Notes under the pieces: generated by a model | What the model was told of the DNA's origin: nothing | Database searches by the model: none | The model's input: only the letters and a program-made list of their open reading frames with translations | NCBI GenBank assembly: GCA_037142615.1 | Contig: JBAXAI010000019.1 | Coordinates: forward strand, 8,878 to 72,877 | DNA from: Spirochaetales bacterium | GTDB taxonomy: Bacteria > Spirochaetota > Spirochaetia > JABEVK01 | Direction of reading: 5' to 3' | Length of the DNA stretch: 64,000 nt | Shown here: positions 27,373 to 36,646 of the stretch, one piece after another | Layout: every line of letters begins with the position of its first letter | How positions within the stretch are numbered: position 1 is the stretch's first letter | Position numbers and translations under genes: made by a program

Positions 27373-28618
27373 AAAGGCTGTCGAGCCAAGGTTGGGTTTC
27401 TTTCGGTAGCGCATCCTTGGCGCTCAGGAACTCAAGGAACGCCAAGCGGTACGACTTTTGCATCGCGTAGGCTTGTCCACGGTAGAAACTCACCCGGGCC
27501 GCTACTTCCGTGCTGAGTTCGAGCTTGGCCAGCAGGGCTAATTGCTCGGAACTGCTGGTCCAATCCTTTTGCAGGAAGTACGACTGGATGACCTGAGCCA
27601 AGAGCTTGGGTGACCCAGTCAGGTTCTTCAGTTTCTCTTCTGGGAGTACAACCGGGAGGGGAAGAGGGAGCGTGGTTGTCTTGCCGCCACGCGCCCAGGC
27701 CGAAAGCACTTTTTCTGTGGCCGGGGCCAGAAGGAGCGGCGAGGAAAGTGTAGCAGGTGGTCGGGCCATCGGTTCACCAGAAACGGGATCAAGTGACAGG
27801 CTCATCAAAGGCAGTGGCAACGGGCGCAGAGACTGATCCAGGACTGGGCGCAAGTCGGCGGCGATGGCAGTGCTTGCGGCACTTTCAGCACCCGCCACCA
27901 AGGCGAAACCATACGCCGAATCGGTCGTGTTCTGCGAGGCAAAGGCGTCGGCAGCCCCTTCAGTGTAGGCCAGGGCATCGACCACCGTGTAGTAGAACTC
28001 CAGCCCAGGAGCCGGAGTATCGACCCAAGGAGATTTCGTCCCCGTGGTCTGCCCCAGAAGTGTCGCGCCTTTGAGGTCAGCGACGGATTTCACCGGGGTG
28101 GTCGTTCGGTACAGGTTGAGCTTGCGGTCGGCGGGAATCGCCTGAAAGGCTAACAGCAGGTTCTTTCCTGAAAGGGTGACGGCTAGGTTGCGAATGACGG
28201 CCGTAGCTTTGGGATTGGCCGCGATCGGGGTCAGGGCGGTCGAGGTTTTGTTCCTGCCCGGAATGTAAAAGCTGCGGCGAGTGCCCGAGGTGTCTTTGAG
28301 GAGCACCAGGTAGAACGACGGGCCGGTGACCGTTGTGTCGTCGAAAGCCATCACCCCGGAGTCGACCGTCCCGACAAGTTTGGCGCTCGGCAGGGAGTCG
28401 CGCACGAGTTCCTTTTCGGAGCGCCAGATTTCGTACTTGGCGCCCGCCCAGCCGTCGGCATCTTTCCAAGTCAGTTGAATGTGTCCGACGCCGACGGTGG
28501 CGTCGAGTTTGGTGACGTAGGCCGGACTTTCTTGCGCCGCGACTGCGGTGGCTGCAAGAGTGAGAAGGGCGGCGAAGAGCAGACGAAAGCAGGTCAAATT
28601 GGCGGTCTCCCAGTTCAT
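27344..28618 (-). CDS. Secreted hypothetical protein (Fn3-like beta domains plus C-terminal TPR-like helices)
   Basis: Signal peptide; LTW...YEIWRS...FDD and LYRT...WVD...YYTV repeats; FYRGQAY. Confidence 0.7.
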   Translation of the reverse strand: MNWETANLTCFRLLFAALLTLAATAVAAQESPAYVTKLDATVGVGHIQLTWKDADGWAGAKYEIWRSEKELVRDSLPSAKLVGTVDSGVMAFDDTTVTGPSFYLVLLKDTSGTRRSFYIPGRNKTSTALTPIAANPKATAVIRNLAVTLSGKNLLLAFQAIPADRKLNLYRTTTPVKSVADLKGATLLGQTTGTKSPWVDTPAPGLEFYYTVVDALAYTEGAADAFASQNTTDSAYGFALVAGAESAASTAIAADLRPVLDQSLRPLPLPLMSLSLDPVSGEPMARPPATLSSPLLLAPATEKVLSAWARGGKTTTLPLPLPVVLPEEKLKNLTGSPKLLAQVIQSYFLQKDWTSSSEQLALLAKLELSTEVAARVSFYRGQAYAMQKSYRLAFLEFLSAKDALPKETQPWLDSLFTLLPTIPN

Positions 28619-28652
28619 TTGTCGGTCAAAAAGGGTCGAAAATCAATCCCAT

Positions 28653-28681
28653 TTGACAGGAAACCCCTTAAGCCCTAGATT
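28653..28681 (+). promoter_or_regulatory. sigma70 promoter, likely leaderless, for cas2-like/prfB
   Basis: TTGACA-N17-TAGATT, then 6 nt and ATG; no SD. Confidence 0.75.
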
Positions 28682-28687
28682 GACACC

Positions 28688-28960
28688 ATGTTTGTCTCGG
28701 CAGCCTGCGATTATGGAAATGAAGACAGCCGGATCAAGGTCGATCAATTGCTTCTGCAGTATGGATTCCGCAAGGTTCAGAAAAACCTCTACGAGTCGAC
28801 CAGTCTGTCGGAAAAAAACTTGGCCCGACTCAAGCTCGAATGCGACAAACTGACCGATTTCTACGATACCCTCCGCCTGTACCAGTTTCCTATGGAAAAC
28901 ACTCTGGTTATTACTTCACTTGAGGGTAAGAAGTGGAAGCGGTCCGTGCTCAAACCCTAG
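28688..28960 (+). CDS. Stand-alone Cas2-like (ferredoxin-fold) protein
   Basis: Asp8 after the first beta-strand, YGF.KVQKNLYE (cf. YGxRVQxSVFE), DTLRLY; 90 aa. Confidence 0.75.
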   Translation: MFVSAACDYGNEDSRIKVDQLLLQYGFRKVQKNLYESTSLSEKNLARLKLECDKLTDFYDTLRLYQFPMENTLVITSLEGKKWKRSVLKP

Positions 28961-28969
28961 GAGAACCCC

Positions 28970-30101
28970 ATGCTCGAAGACCTTCAAAACCGCATCGCCC
29001 AGATCGCCACCGAAGCGCGTGAAACCTGGAGGCGTCTTTGACCCCGACGCCGTCAACCAGCAAATAGAAGACGAAGAAGCCGTCACTCACGACCCGAACT
29101 TCTGGAATGATCAGGAGCGGGCTCAGAAAGTGATGACCACCCTCAAACGCCTGAGGGGGCGGCTGGAACCTTGGAAAGGTCTGCTCCAAGACTTGGAAGA
29201 TCTCGAAGTGTTGTACGAAATGGCGATGTCCGAGCAGGACCAATCCCAGGAGTCTGAAATTATCGGGCAGTTGCTTCGGGTCGAAGAGCTCTACAAGCGG
29301 CGGAAGGTGCTAGAGTTGCTGTCGGATGAAGCCGACCCGTTCGACGCTTACCTCGACATCCACGCCGGAGCCGGCGGAACCGAGGCCTGTGACTGGGCGA
29401 GCATGCTGTTGCGCATGTACACCCGCTGGGCGGAACGCCGCAAGTTCAAGGTCGAACTGGTGGACCTTCTTGAGGCCGAAGGGGGCGTCAAGTCGGCTAC
29501 TCTTCAGATCACAGGCGAGTTCGCCTATGGGTACCTCAAGGCCGAGAACGGCGTGCACCGCCTGGTGCGCATCAGCCCCTTTGACGCGGCCGCCCGCCGC
29601 CACACCAGCTTCACCTCGGTCTCGGTGCACCCGGTTATCGACGACACCATCACGGTCGAGATCAAAGACGACGACCTGCGCATCGACACCTACCGCGCGC
29701 AGGGGGCAGGCGGGCAGCACGTCAACAAGACTGACTCGGCAGTGCGTTTGACCCACCTGCCCACGGGCATCGTGGTGCAGTGCCAGAACGAGCGCAGCCA
29801 GCACAAGAACAAGGCCACCGCCATGGGCATCCTCAAGAGCCGTCTGTACGAGCATTACAAGGCCGAGCAGGACAAAGAGATGTCGAAATACACCGCGGGC
29901 AAGAAGGCCATCGAGTGGGGCTCGCAGATCCGCAGCTACGTCTTCCAGCCCTACACCATGGTGAAAGACCACCGCAACAAGCACGAGACCGGCAACGTGA
30001 ACGCGGTGATGGACGGCGACATCGACGATTTTATGGAAGAGTTTCTTAAGTTCTCGTGGGAGAACAAGACCTTTGTTCCCGATGGTGATGACGACCTTTA
30101 G
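28970..30101 (+). CDS. prfB: Peptide chain release factor 2 (programmed +1 frameshift)
   Basis: MLEDLQ...WRRL then CTT TGA C; the +1 frame carries SPF and GGQ motifs. Confidence 0.97.
29027..29042 (+). other. prfB +1 frameshift site
   Basis: TGGAGGCGT-CTTTGAC: internal SD 3 nt before the slippery CTT-TGA. Confidence 0.95.
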
Positions 30102-31530
30102 GGTAGGCCACCGACACGGCCTGACAGCCATACTCTTGGCGCTGGCCTCGAGCGTGGTTGCGTTTGCTGCCCCTGCCACCCCGGGGGGCACGGTTCCCAC
30201 CGCCTGGACGTGGGCGTACGCCGAGTTTGAGGTCGATACCTCCGGGCCGGCCGATACCCCCTGGAGGACGGCGCTCCCTCAACTTCTGGTCAAGGAATGG
30301 GACCATCTTCCCTCACATGCCATCAGCGACGCAGAGCGGCAGGCGTGGCTGGCCGTCGACCAGGAAACCCGTAGACGCGAGCTCGCGCGCCAGCGGGATC
30401 AAAAGGCGCTCGATCTGAGCCGTCTGGTTCTCCAGCCGGTGCTCCCAACTGGAGAGCCGGCTGCGAGCGAAAAGGCTTTGGCGGCTTTGGACGCCCAGTT
30501 GGCTGGCTTGGATGCTGCGCCTCCAGGCGGCTTGGCCGACTCTCTTCCCTTTCAGTTGATAGCTCCGAGTTCGAGGCCGGGGTTGCCCTCGGCAGCATCA
30601 GCACCGGCTGCGCTTGAGCGGGAAAGCCATGCCTTCTTCCTTGTCACAGGAACCCTCAAGCTCGTGGCCGGCTACCTCAACGTCACAGTGTCGCTCACGA
30701 GCACGCTGGAACATCGGGTGTTGGCCCACTGGAATGCGGTCTTTGCTCCCGACGAGGCTCCCGAGCAGATGCTGCTGGCGCGAAGGGCTTTGCAGGAGGC
30801 TTTGCTGGGTCGACCTTGGGCCGCAGTCGACTTTCGGGACGAACTGGAAGGCACGGTGGTGAGCCTTGAGGGTGAAGGCCGGAAGACGCTTCCTTGGATT
30901 GGCGAGTTTCTGGTACCGGGCGATCACAAAATGACTGTGTTCCGCCCCGGCTTGCCCCCCGAAGAACGGGTTGTCACATTGACGGCGGGGCAGACCAACA
31001 CCCTTTCACTCGCTTCTGATACCACCGCAGCGGCTCGGCAAATGCTCAGGCTGACCAGTGAACCTCCCGGGGCGACCGTCACCGCCGACAGCCGGGCTCT
31101 GGGCATCACGCCCTTGGAACTTCCTCGCCCGCTGGCCGTCACCAGGGTGAAACTGCGCCTGGATGGGTACGCGCCTCAGGTGATCGAAGTGCAGCCAACA
31201 ACCGTCGAAAATCTCAACGTGGTCCTGCTTCCTCCCCAGTTGCCCCCAGACACCGTGGCAGCCCGCGACCGCTTCTACGTGACGGTGACGGCGCTCACCG
31301 CCTCGCTTGCGGCTACGGTCTTTCTGAAGGACGCCGCCGACCAAGCTTACCGATTGGCGACTGCCTACTCTTCTGGAACCCAGGCTGGGAACTTTACGGC
31401 AGCCGTCGGCCAATACCAGTTGTTCTGGTACACTTCCCAGGCGGGATTGGCCTTGACCACTGGCGTTTTTGTCTGGATGATGTTTTCACTCGGGGACTTT
31501 CTGGCTGCCGCACAGACCCCACTTCCTTAA
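30082..31530 (+). CDS. PEGA-domain protein with signal peptide and C-terminal TM helices
   Basis: TSEPPGATVTAD..LGITPL...LRLDGY; start uncertain. Confidence 0.8.
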   Translation: MVMTTFRVGHRHGLTAILLALASSVVAFAAPATPGGTVPTAWTWAYAEFEVDTSGPADTPWRTALPQLLVKEWDHLPSHAISDAERQAWLAVDQETRRRELARQRDQKALDLSRLVLQPVLPTGEPAASEKALAALDAQLAGLDAAPPGGLADSLPFQLIAPSSRPGLPSAASAPAALERESHAFFLVTGTLKLVAGYLNVTVSLTSTLEHRVLAHWNAVFAPDEAPEQMLLARRALQEALLGRPWAAVDFRDELEGTVVSLEGEGRKTLPWIGEFLVPGDHKMTVFRPGLPPEERVVTLTAGQTNTLSLASDTTAAARQMLRLTSEPPGATVTADSRALGITPLELPRPLAVTRVKLRLDGYAPQVIEVQPTTVENLNVVLLPPQLPPDTVAARDRFYVTVTALTASLAATVFLKDAADQAYRLATAYSSGTQAGNFTAAVGQYQLFWYTSQAGLALTTGVFVWMMFSLGDFLAAAQTPLP

Positions 31531-31538
31531 GGTGAACC

Positions 31539-32408
31539 ATGAAAAAAGGCCTGTTCCAGCAGCTCCGCGAGAAGTTCTTCGGTACGGGGAACGAGGCCGA
31601 TTTCGAAGAGATGGAAGACTTGCTTCTCGAAGCAGATCTGGGCTACAAGACCGCGAAGTTCGTCACGTCCGCCTTGCGCGACGAAGCCAAGAAAGGCCGC
31701 CTGAAAACCCGTGAAGAACTCCGCGAAGCGCTGAAAGATATCCTGCGGCCTTTGGTGAAAACCGCGTTACCGGCCTGGAATCCCGCCACGCTCAACTTGT
31801 ACCTCGTGCTGGGGGTCAACGGTGTGGGCAAGACCACCTCGATCGCCAAACTTGCCTTCTGGCTGAACCAAAATGATCGCGGTCCGGTGCTTCTTGCCGC
31901 CGGTGATACCTTTCGCGCCGCAGCCATCGAGCAGCTTCAGCTTCACGGCGAGCGACAGCAGCTCCGCGTGGTCGCGCAAGGCCATGGCTCCGATCCGGGG
32001 GCCGTCCTGTTCGATGCGCTCACCAGCGCCGTAGCCCGGGGAGAGCGGGTTATTTTGGCCGACACGGCAGGTCGGATGCACAATAAAGCTAATCTCGTCA
32101 AGGAATTGCAGAAGATCGACAAGATCGCCAAGTCCAAACTGGCAGGTGGGGTCTACCAGAAGATCTTGGTTCTTGACTGCACAACGGGGCAGAATGCCCT
32201 TGTGCAGGCTCAGGTCTTCCACGAGGCCATCGGGATCGACGGCATCATTCTCAGCAAGTACGACTCCTCCAGCCGTGGGGGCATTGCGGTGGCGATCAGT
32301 TCGGAACTCGGTCTGCCGTTCCTTTTCTTTGGTACCGGTGAAAAACCGTCGGACTTTGCACCGTTTGAGCTGGAGCGGTTTCTCGACGGACTGCTCGGAG
32401 CCGAATGA
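31539..32408 (+). CDS. ftsY: SRP receptor FtsY (NG domain only)
   Basis: GVNGVGKTT, DTFRAAA, DTAGR, GTGE. Confidence 0.96.
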   Translation: MKKGLFQQLREKFFGTGNEADFEEMEDLLLEADLGYKTAKFVTSALRDEAKKGRLKTREELREALKDILRPLVKTALPAWNPATLNLYLVLGVNGVGKTTSIAKLAFWLNQNDRGPVLLAAGDTFRAAAIEQLQLHGERQQLRVVAQGHGSDPGAVLFDALTSAVARGERVILADTAGRMHNKANLVKELQKIDKIAKSKLAGGVYQKILVLDCTTGQNALVQAQVFHEAIGIDGIILSKYDSSSRGGIAVAISSELGLPFLFFGTGEKPSDFAPFELERFLDGLLGAE

Positions 32409-33490
32409 CCCCTCTACGTTTCGCGCCCTTGGGACTGTTGCTCTGTTTCGGTCTTTTGTCGGCCCAAACCGATTGGGTTCCGTCGGATTCGCTGGGCCGG
32501 TGGAGCGCAAAAGCCACCCCCCGCAGCAGTCCGGGAACCGGCTGGTTCCTCGGCGTGGAGCGCCTTGACCGCCAGGAAAAACAGACCCTTGTGCAGGACG
32601 GCGCCGAACGACGGGTGCTTGTTTCTGACTTCGATTCGGCCGACCGCTTGGAGCGCACCCGGGTCTTCCAGAGCGGTCAGCTGGTTCAGGACCTCGCGTA
32701 TCAGGGAGGCAGCCTTCTGCCGGTTTCGGAAACCGTTTTCACCGATGGCGAACCGCGGAACGTGTTCCGCTATACCTGGGGCTCGGCCGGTCTGCTTAAG
32801 CGTCAGGTCGAAACTGCCGACGGAGTGAACTTGTTCGAAGACAAGATCTTCCGACTTCCCGACGGTCGCCTGAGGCGGTTGGAAAGGAACTCAGCCGAGG
32901 GCCCACTCGCCGAGGTTTCGTGGACCTACGGCGCGTCGGGGCTTGCTCAGGTTTGGGTCGCCGACGAGGACCTCAAGGTTTCCGGCCGACACAAGGTGGT
33001 TTCGTACAGCGCCGAAGGCCTTCGCGAGGACCTCTGGGACGATGTGAGCCTGTTGGTTTCGGTACTCAAGACGGAACGGGAAGATGGCTATTCCCTGGAG
33101 ACCGAGAAAGGCTCTGCGGTGAAGGGCGTGACCGAACGCACCCGCGATGACCGCGGCCGCCTGGTCAGCGAAACCGTGACCATACCAGGAGAGCCTGTCC
33201 ACAAGACCCGCTGGCAATGGGACGACAAGGACCGTGTCGTTCACGAGGAGATCGATATCCCCGGCGGGATGGAGACCACCGACTTGGTCTACAGCGACAA
33301 GACAACGGTGATCGAGAAACGCCGGTTGGACCAACTGAGTTCACGAGAGACCGACGAAGATGGCGAGAAGGTGCTGGTTGAACTGTTCGACCGCGGCAAG
33401 AAGTTCCTCGAGGAAGCTTGGAATGGGGGTCGAAAAACTGCCGAGCGGTACTTTGATGATGGGAAACTGGTTCGGGAGCGAAAGCTGTGA
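32405..33490 (+). CDS. Secreted hypothetical protein with YD/MORN-like beta-hairpin repeats
   Basis: Signal peptide; repeated DDRGRLVSET, WDDKDRVVHE, FDDGKLVRE units; coupled to ftsY and the lol genes. Confidence 0.65.
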   Translation: MTPLRFAPLGLLLCFGLLSAQTDWVPSDSLGRWSAKATPRSSPGTGWFLGVERLDRQEKQTLVQDGAERRVLVSDFDSADRLERTRVFQSGQLVQDLAYQGGSLLPVSETVFTDGEPRNVFRYTWGSAGLLKRQVETADGVNLFEDKIFRLPDGRLRRLERNSAEGPLAEVSWTYGASGLAQVWVADEDLKVSGRHKVVSYSAEGLREDLWDDVSLLVSVLKTEREDGYSLETEKGSAVKGVTERTRDDRGRLVSETVTIPGEPVHKTRWQWDDKDRVVHEEIDIPGGMETTDLVYSDKTTVIEKRRLDQLSSRETDEDGEKVLVELFDRGKKFLEEAWNGGRKTAERYFDDGKLVRERKL

Positions 33491-34695
33491 AGGGCCTCCC
33501 GTTGTTTTTTTTGGCCTTCCGCTATGTTCTTTCGCGCCGACGTCATCGCGGTTTCGGGTCGGTCATGCTCTCGCTCCTGGGACTGGCCGCAGGTGTGCTC
33601 ACGCTGAACGCGGTTCTTTCGGTGATGAACGGTTTCCAGATGACCTACATCGACAGTCTCGTTGAAGTGTCGTCGTCACACCTGCGCTGGCTCCCTGTGG
33701 CCGACGAGCCCGATTCCATCGAGGTTTCGACCTTGCTGTCGCGGGTTCCGGGTGTGGTTTCCGTTCTGGAGGAGTCCGAGAGCCAGACGCTGGTTCAGAG
33801 CGACGCCGGCCGCCAGCGGGGAGCCCTTGTCCGCGGACTGCCTTCCGACGCGCTGCAGAAGGACCCGGGCCTGCGAACGCACCTGAAGTGGCAGGAGGGC
33901 GGTCTGCCCCAGCGTGGAGAGGTGGCACTCGGAAGCGCTTTGGCGGCCTCATTGGGTGCCTTTCCCGGTTCGTCGGTCAAACTGACTTCGCTTTCGGGGC
34001 CTAGTTTTTCGCTGCTGGAGCCGCGGGTCCTGGAGTATCGCGTCGTCGGTGTGTTTGGCACGGGCTACTATGACTTGGATGCCAATTGGGTGATTGCCAA
34101 CCTGAGCGACGCCAAGGTTGACTTGGCCGGTGCCACCGACCGCTATTTCGCCGTCAAGCTGAACCATCCGGAAGACGCCTCGTGGATGCTCGCTTCGCTC
34201 GCCCGGGCCTCGGGGCGCCCAGAGGCAGAGTTTCGTACCTGGGAAGACTTCAACCGGGCTTTTTTTCAGGCGTTGCGGACCGAAAAGTCGGCCATGATGC
34301 TGCTGGTGGGCCTGATGTTCTTGGTGGTCGGCGTCAATATCGCCTTTTCGCAAAAGAGGGCGGTTTTGGAGCACAGGGACGACTTGGCGTTGCTGGTGGC
34401 CACCGGAACAACAGCCGCGCGCCTGCGCTGGGTGTTCGCGCTGGAGGGCCTGATCGTGGGGCTGGCTGCGGCCCTTCTCGGAACGTTCGCAGGCTGGGGG
34501 GTATCGCTGGGCGTTTCGTCGCTGGGCCTGTTTTCCAGCGAGGCCTTCTACATCCCCGAGGTCCCGGCCAGAATGATCGCCGGGGAAGTTGTTGGCATCG
34601 CGTTGGCCTGCCTCGCCTCGGCAACCTTGGCGGCCTGGTGGGCGTCGGGTCAGGTTCTCAAGGTCCAACCCGGGGAGGTTCTGAAAAACGCATGA
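33487..34695 (+). CDS. LolC/E-type lipoprotein-release ABC permease
   Basis: VLSVMNGFQ, W..FNRAFFQALRTEK, FtsX-type C-terminus. Confidence 0.88.
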   Translation: MKGLPLFFLAFRYVLSRRRHRGFGSVMLSLLGLAAGVLTLNAVLSVMNGFQMTYIDSLVEVSSSHLRWLPVADEPDSIEVSTLLSRVPGVVSVLEESESQTLVQSDAGRQRGALVRGLPSDALQKDPGLRTHLKWQEGGLPQRGEVALGSALAASLGAFPGSSVKLTSLSGPSFSLLEPRVLEYRVVGVFGTGYYDLDANWVIANLSDAKVDLAGATDRYFAVKLNHPEDASWMLASLARASGRPEAEFRTWEDFNRAFFQALRTEKSAMMLLVGLMFLVVGVNIAFSQKRAVLEHRDDLALLVATGTTAARLRWVFALEGLIVGLAAALLGTFAGWGVSLGVSSLGLFSSEAFYIPEVPARMIAGEVVGIALACLASATLAAWWASGQVLKVQPGEVLKNA

Positions 34696-35372
34696 GTGAT
34701 GTCATTTTGGAGTTCCGGCAGGTTGGCCGGGTGTTCACCGAAACCGCCGAGCCAGTGACGCTCTTTCAGGGGCTCGATTGGTCGCTGAACCGGGGGGACT
34801 CAGTAGCTATCATGGGCGAGTCCGGCACCGGCAAAAGCACGTTGTTGCACCTTGCCGCCGCCCTCGACCAACCCACCAGCGGTTCCGTATGGCTCGAGGG
34901 TCAGGAAATCAGCCGAATGGGCGAAAAGGCGCTCAGCCCCCTTCGTACAAGGAGTGTCGGGTTGGTGTTCCAATTCCACTTCTTGCTCAAGGAGTTCAGC
35001 GTACTCGAGAATGTGCTGTTGCCATCCTGGCTGGCCGGAACCCCGAAAAAAGCCGCCACCGAACGTGCCCTGGCCTTGCTCGAGCGCGTGGGGCTTTCTC
35101 ACCGGTTGGGTCATTTCCCCGGCCAGTTGTCCGGGGGCGAACGTCAACGGGCGGCGCTGGCCCGGGCCTTGATCAACGACCCGCCGCTTCTGCTCGCCGA
35201 CGAACCGACCGGCAACCTTGACGAAAAAAACGCAGAGCTCGTCCAGAATCTGCTGTTGGAACTCTCGGCCGACGCGAAGAAGACTCTGTTGCTGGTGACC
35301 CATGATCGGAGTTTTGCCGCCCGGGCCGGATATTGCCTCCACTTGCGGGGTGGGCAGTTGGTCAGGCCATGA
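34692..35372 (+). CDS. lolD: Lipoprotein-release ABC ATPase LolD
   Basis: GESGTGKS, VFQFHFLL, LSGGERQR, DEPTGNLD. Confidence 0.88.
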   Translation: MSDVILEFRQVGRVFTETAEPVTLFQGLDWSLNRGDSVAIMGESGTGKSTLLHLAAALDQPTSGSVWLEGQEISRMGEKALSPLRTRSVGLVFQFHFLLKEFSVLENVLLPSWLAGTPKKAATERALALLERVGLSHRLGHFPGQLSGGERQRAALARALINDPPLLLADEPTGNLDEKNAELVQNLLLELSADAKKTLLLVTHDRSFAARAGYCLHLRGGQLVRP

Positions 35373-36646
35373 GTCCGGGCCTGGGGCTCAAGCTCGGTTG
35401 GACAGCGTTCCGGTCGCGTGGCCGGGGAGAGGCGAGGTTCTTGTGGTCCAGTTCGCTGGCGTTGGCGCTGGGCCTGGTACCGCTCGTGCTGGTGCTTGCC
35501 ATCGCCGACGGCATGATCGAGGGCATCTCGTCTCGTACGATAGAAACTTCGCTCAGTCACGATCAGGCCTGGCCTTTGGTTTCCACGCCAAAGGTAGACC
35601 CCGAAACCGCGCTGAAGGTCGTTCCCGGGTTCCGGAGCGCCCTTCGTGAACAGCAGGGATTCGCTCTGGCCTTTTCGGCCGGTGCACGCCTGGGTGTCAG
35701 CTTGCGGGGGGTCGAGGCACGCTGGGCCCTCGATCCGGGCGTCCGCCGCTTTTTGAAGGCCGACAGCGGTTCCCTCACGTTTCCCAATGCACGTAGCGCG
35801 TGGGTAGGCCGCGAAAGTGCCGTCAAACTGCGTTTGAAGGTCGGAGACACCGTTAAACTGCTGACGACGAGAAGCGTGGGAACGCTGAGCGCTCCCCGGG
35901 TGACATCACTGACGGTCGCGGCCATTGTCAGCGTCGGCTACGAGGAACTTGACCGCCTGTGGGTGTTCGTGCCCGTGGAGACCTCGCTGACTCTGCTCGA
36001 TTCGGCCGAGAACCCCGTATTCTGGGGCCTCAAGAGCGATCGACCTTTGGCCGAGAGCGCTGCCTTCCTTCACGAGGTGCGCTCGGCGCTGGGGAGCGAC
36101 TGGCAGGTCTACAGTTGGCAGTCGACCGGGCGGTCGCAGTTCCTCAACTACCAGGCCACACGGTTTCTTCTTCTCGTGGTGATGGCACTCATCCTTCTGG
36201 TATCGGCGGTGAACATATCGACTTCGATGGTGACTTTGGTGCAACAGCGCCGACAGGAAACCGCCATCTTGAAGGCTCTCGGAGGTTCAACGGGGCTCAT
36301 CCGCAGCCAGTTTCTTGTGCTTGGTTTGGGTGCGGGCACGGTTGGAACCGCGGTCGGCATGGCCGCGGGGGTCGCGGTCGCGCTGGGGATCAACGGGCTT
36401 ATCAGCGGGCTTGAAACCGTCCTCAACGGGCTTTCGGCTCTGCGGGCCTGGATCAGCGGCCAGCCGTTCACGGCTACGAGGCTGCTTGACCCCGCGTACT
36501 ACCTTGAGTCTTTGCCGGTAAAGTTCGATGTGCCGCTGCTGGTGCTTGTCGCCTTTGGTACCATTGCCCTGGCGGCGCTGGCGAGCGCGGTTCCTGCCTG
36601 GAGGGCCAGCCGACAGCGCCCGCTGGATGTCCTGAGGCGGGCTTAG
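35369..36646 (+). CDS. LolC/E-type ABC permease
   Basis: IADGMIEG, NISTSMVTLV, ILKALG, AYYLESLP. Confidence 0.85.
   Translation: MSPGLGLKLGWTAFRSRGRGEARFLWSSSLALALGLVPLVLVLAIADGMIEGISSRTIETSLSHDQAWPLVSTPKVDPETALKVVPGFRSALREQQGFALAFSAGARLGVSLRGVEARWALDPGVRRFLKADSGSLTFPNARSAWVGRESAVKLRLKVGDTVKLLTTRSVGTLSAPRVTSLTVAAIVSVGYEELDRLWVFVPVETSLTLLDSAENPVFWGLKSDRPLAESAAFLHEVRSALGSDWQVYSWQSTGRSQFLNYQATRFLLLVVMALILLVSAVNISTSMVTLVQQRRQETAILKALGGSTGLIRSQFLVLGLGAGTVGTAVGMAAGVAVALGINGLISGLETVLNGLSALRAWISGQPFTATRLLDPAYYLESLPVKFDVPLLVLVAFGTIALAALASAVPAWRASRQRPLDVLRRA

Noticed and set aside
28688-28960. Part of a CRISPR-Cas locus
   Set aside because: Flanking genes are housekeeping or hypothetical; no other cas genes or repeats nearby
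28920-30101. prfB pseudogene, or TTG-start ORF as in the track
   Set aside because: Explained by the canonical programmed frameshift from ATG 28970
32405-33490. Rhs/YD toxin
   Set aside because: Short, no PxxxxDPxG core end, no toxin tip or immunity gene; lies in a housekeeping operon
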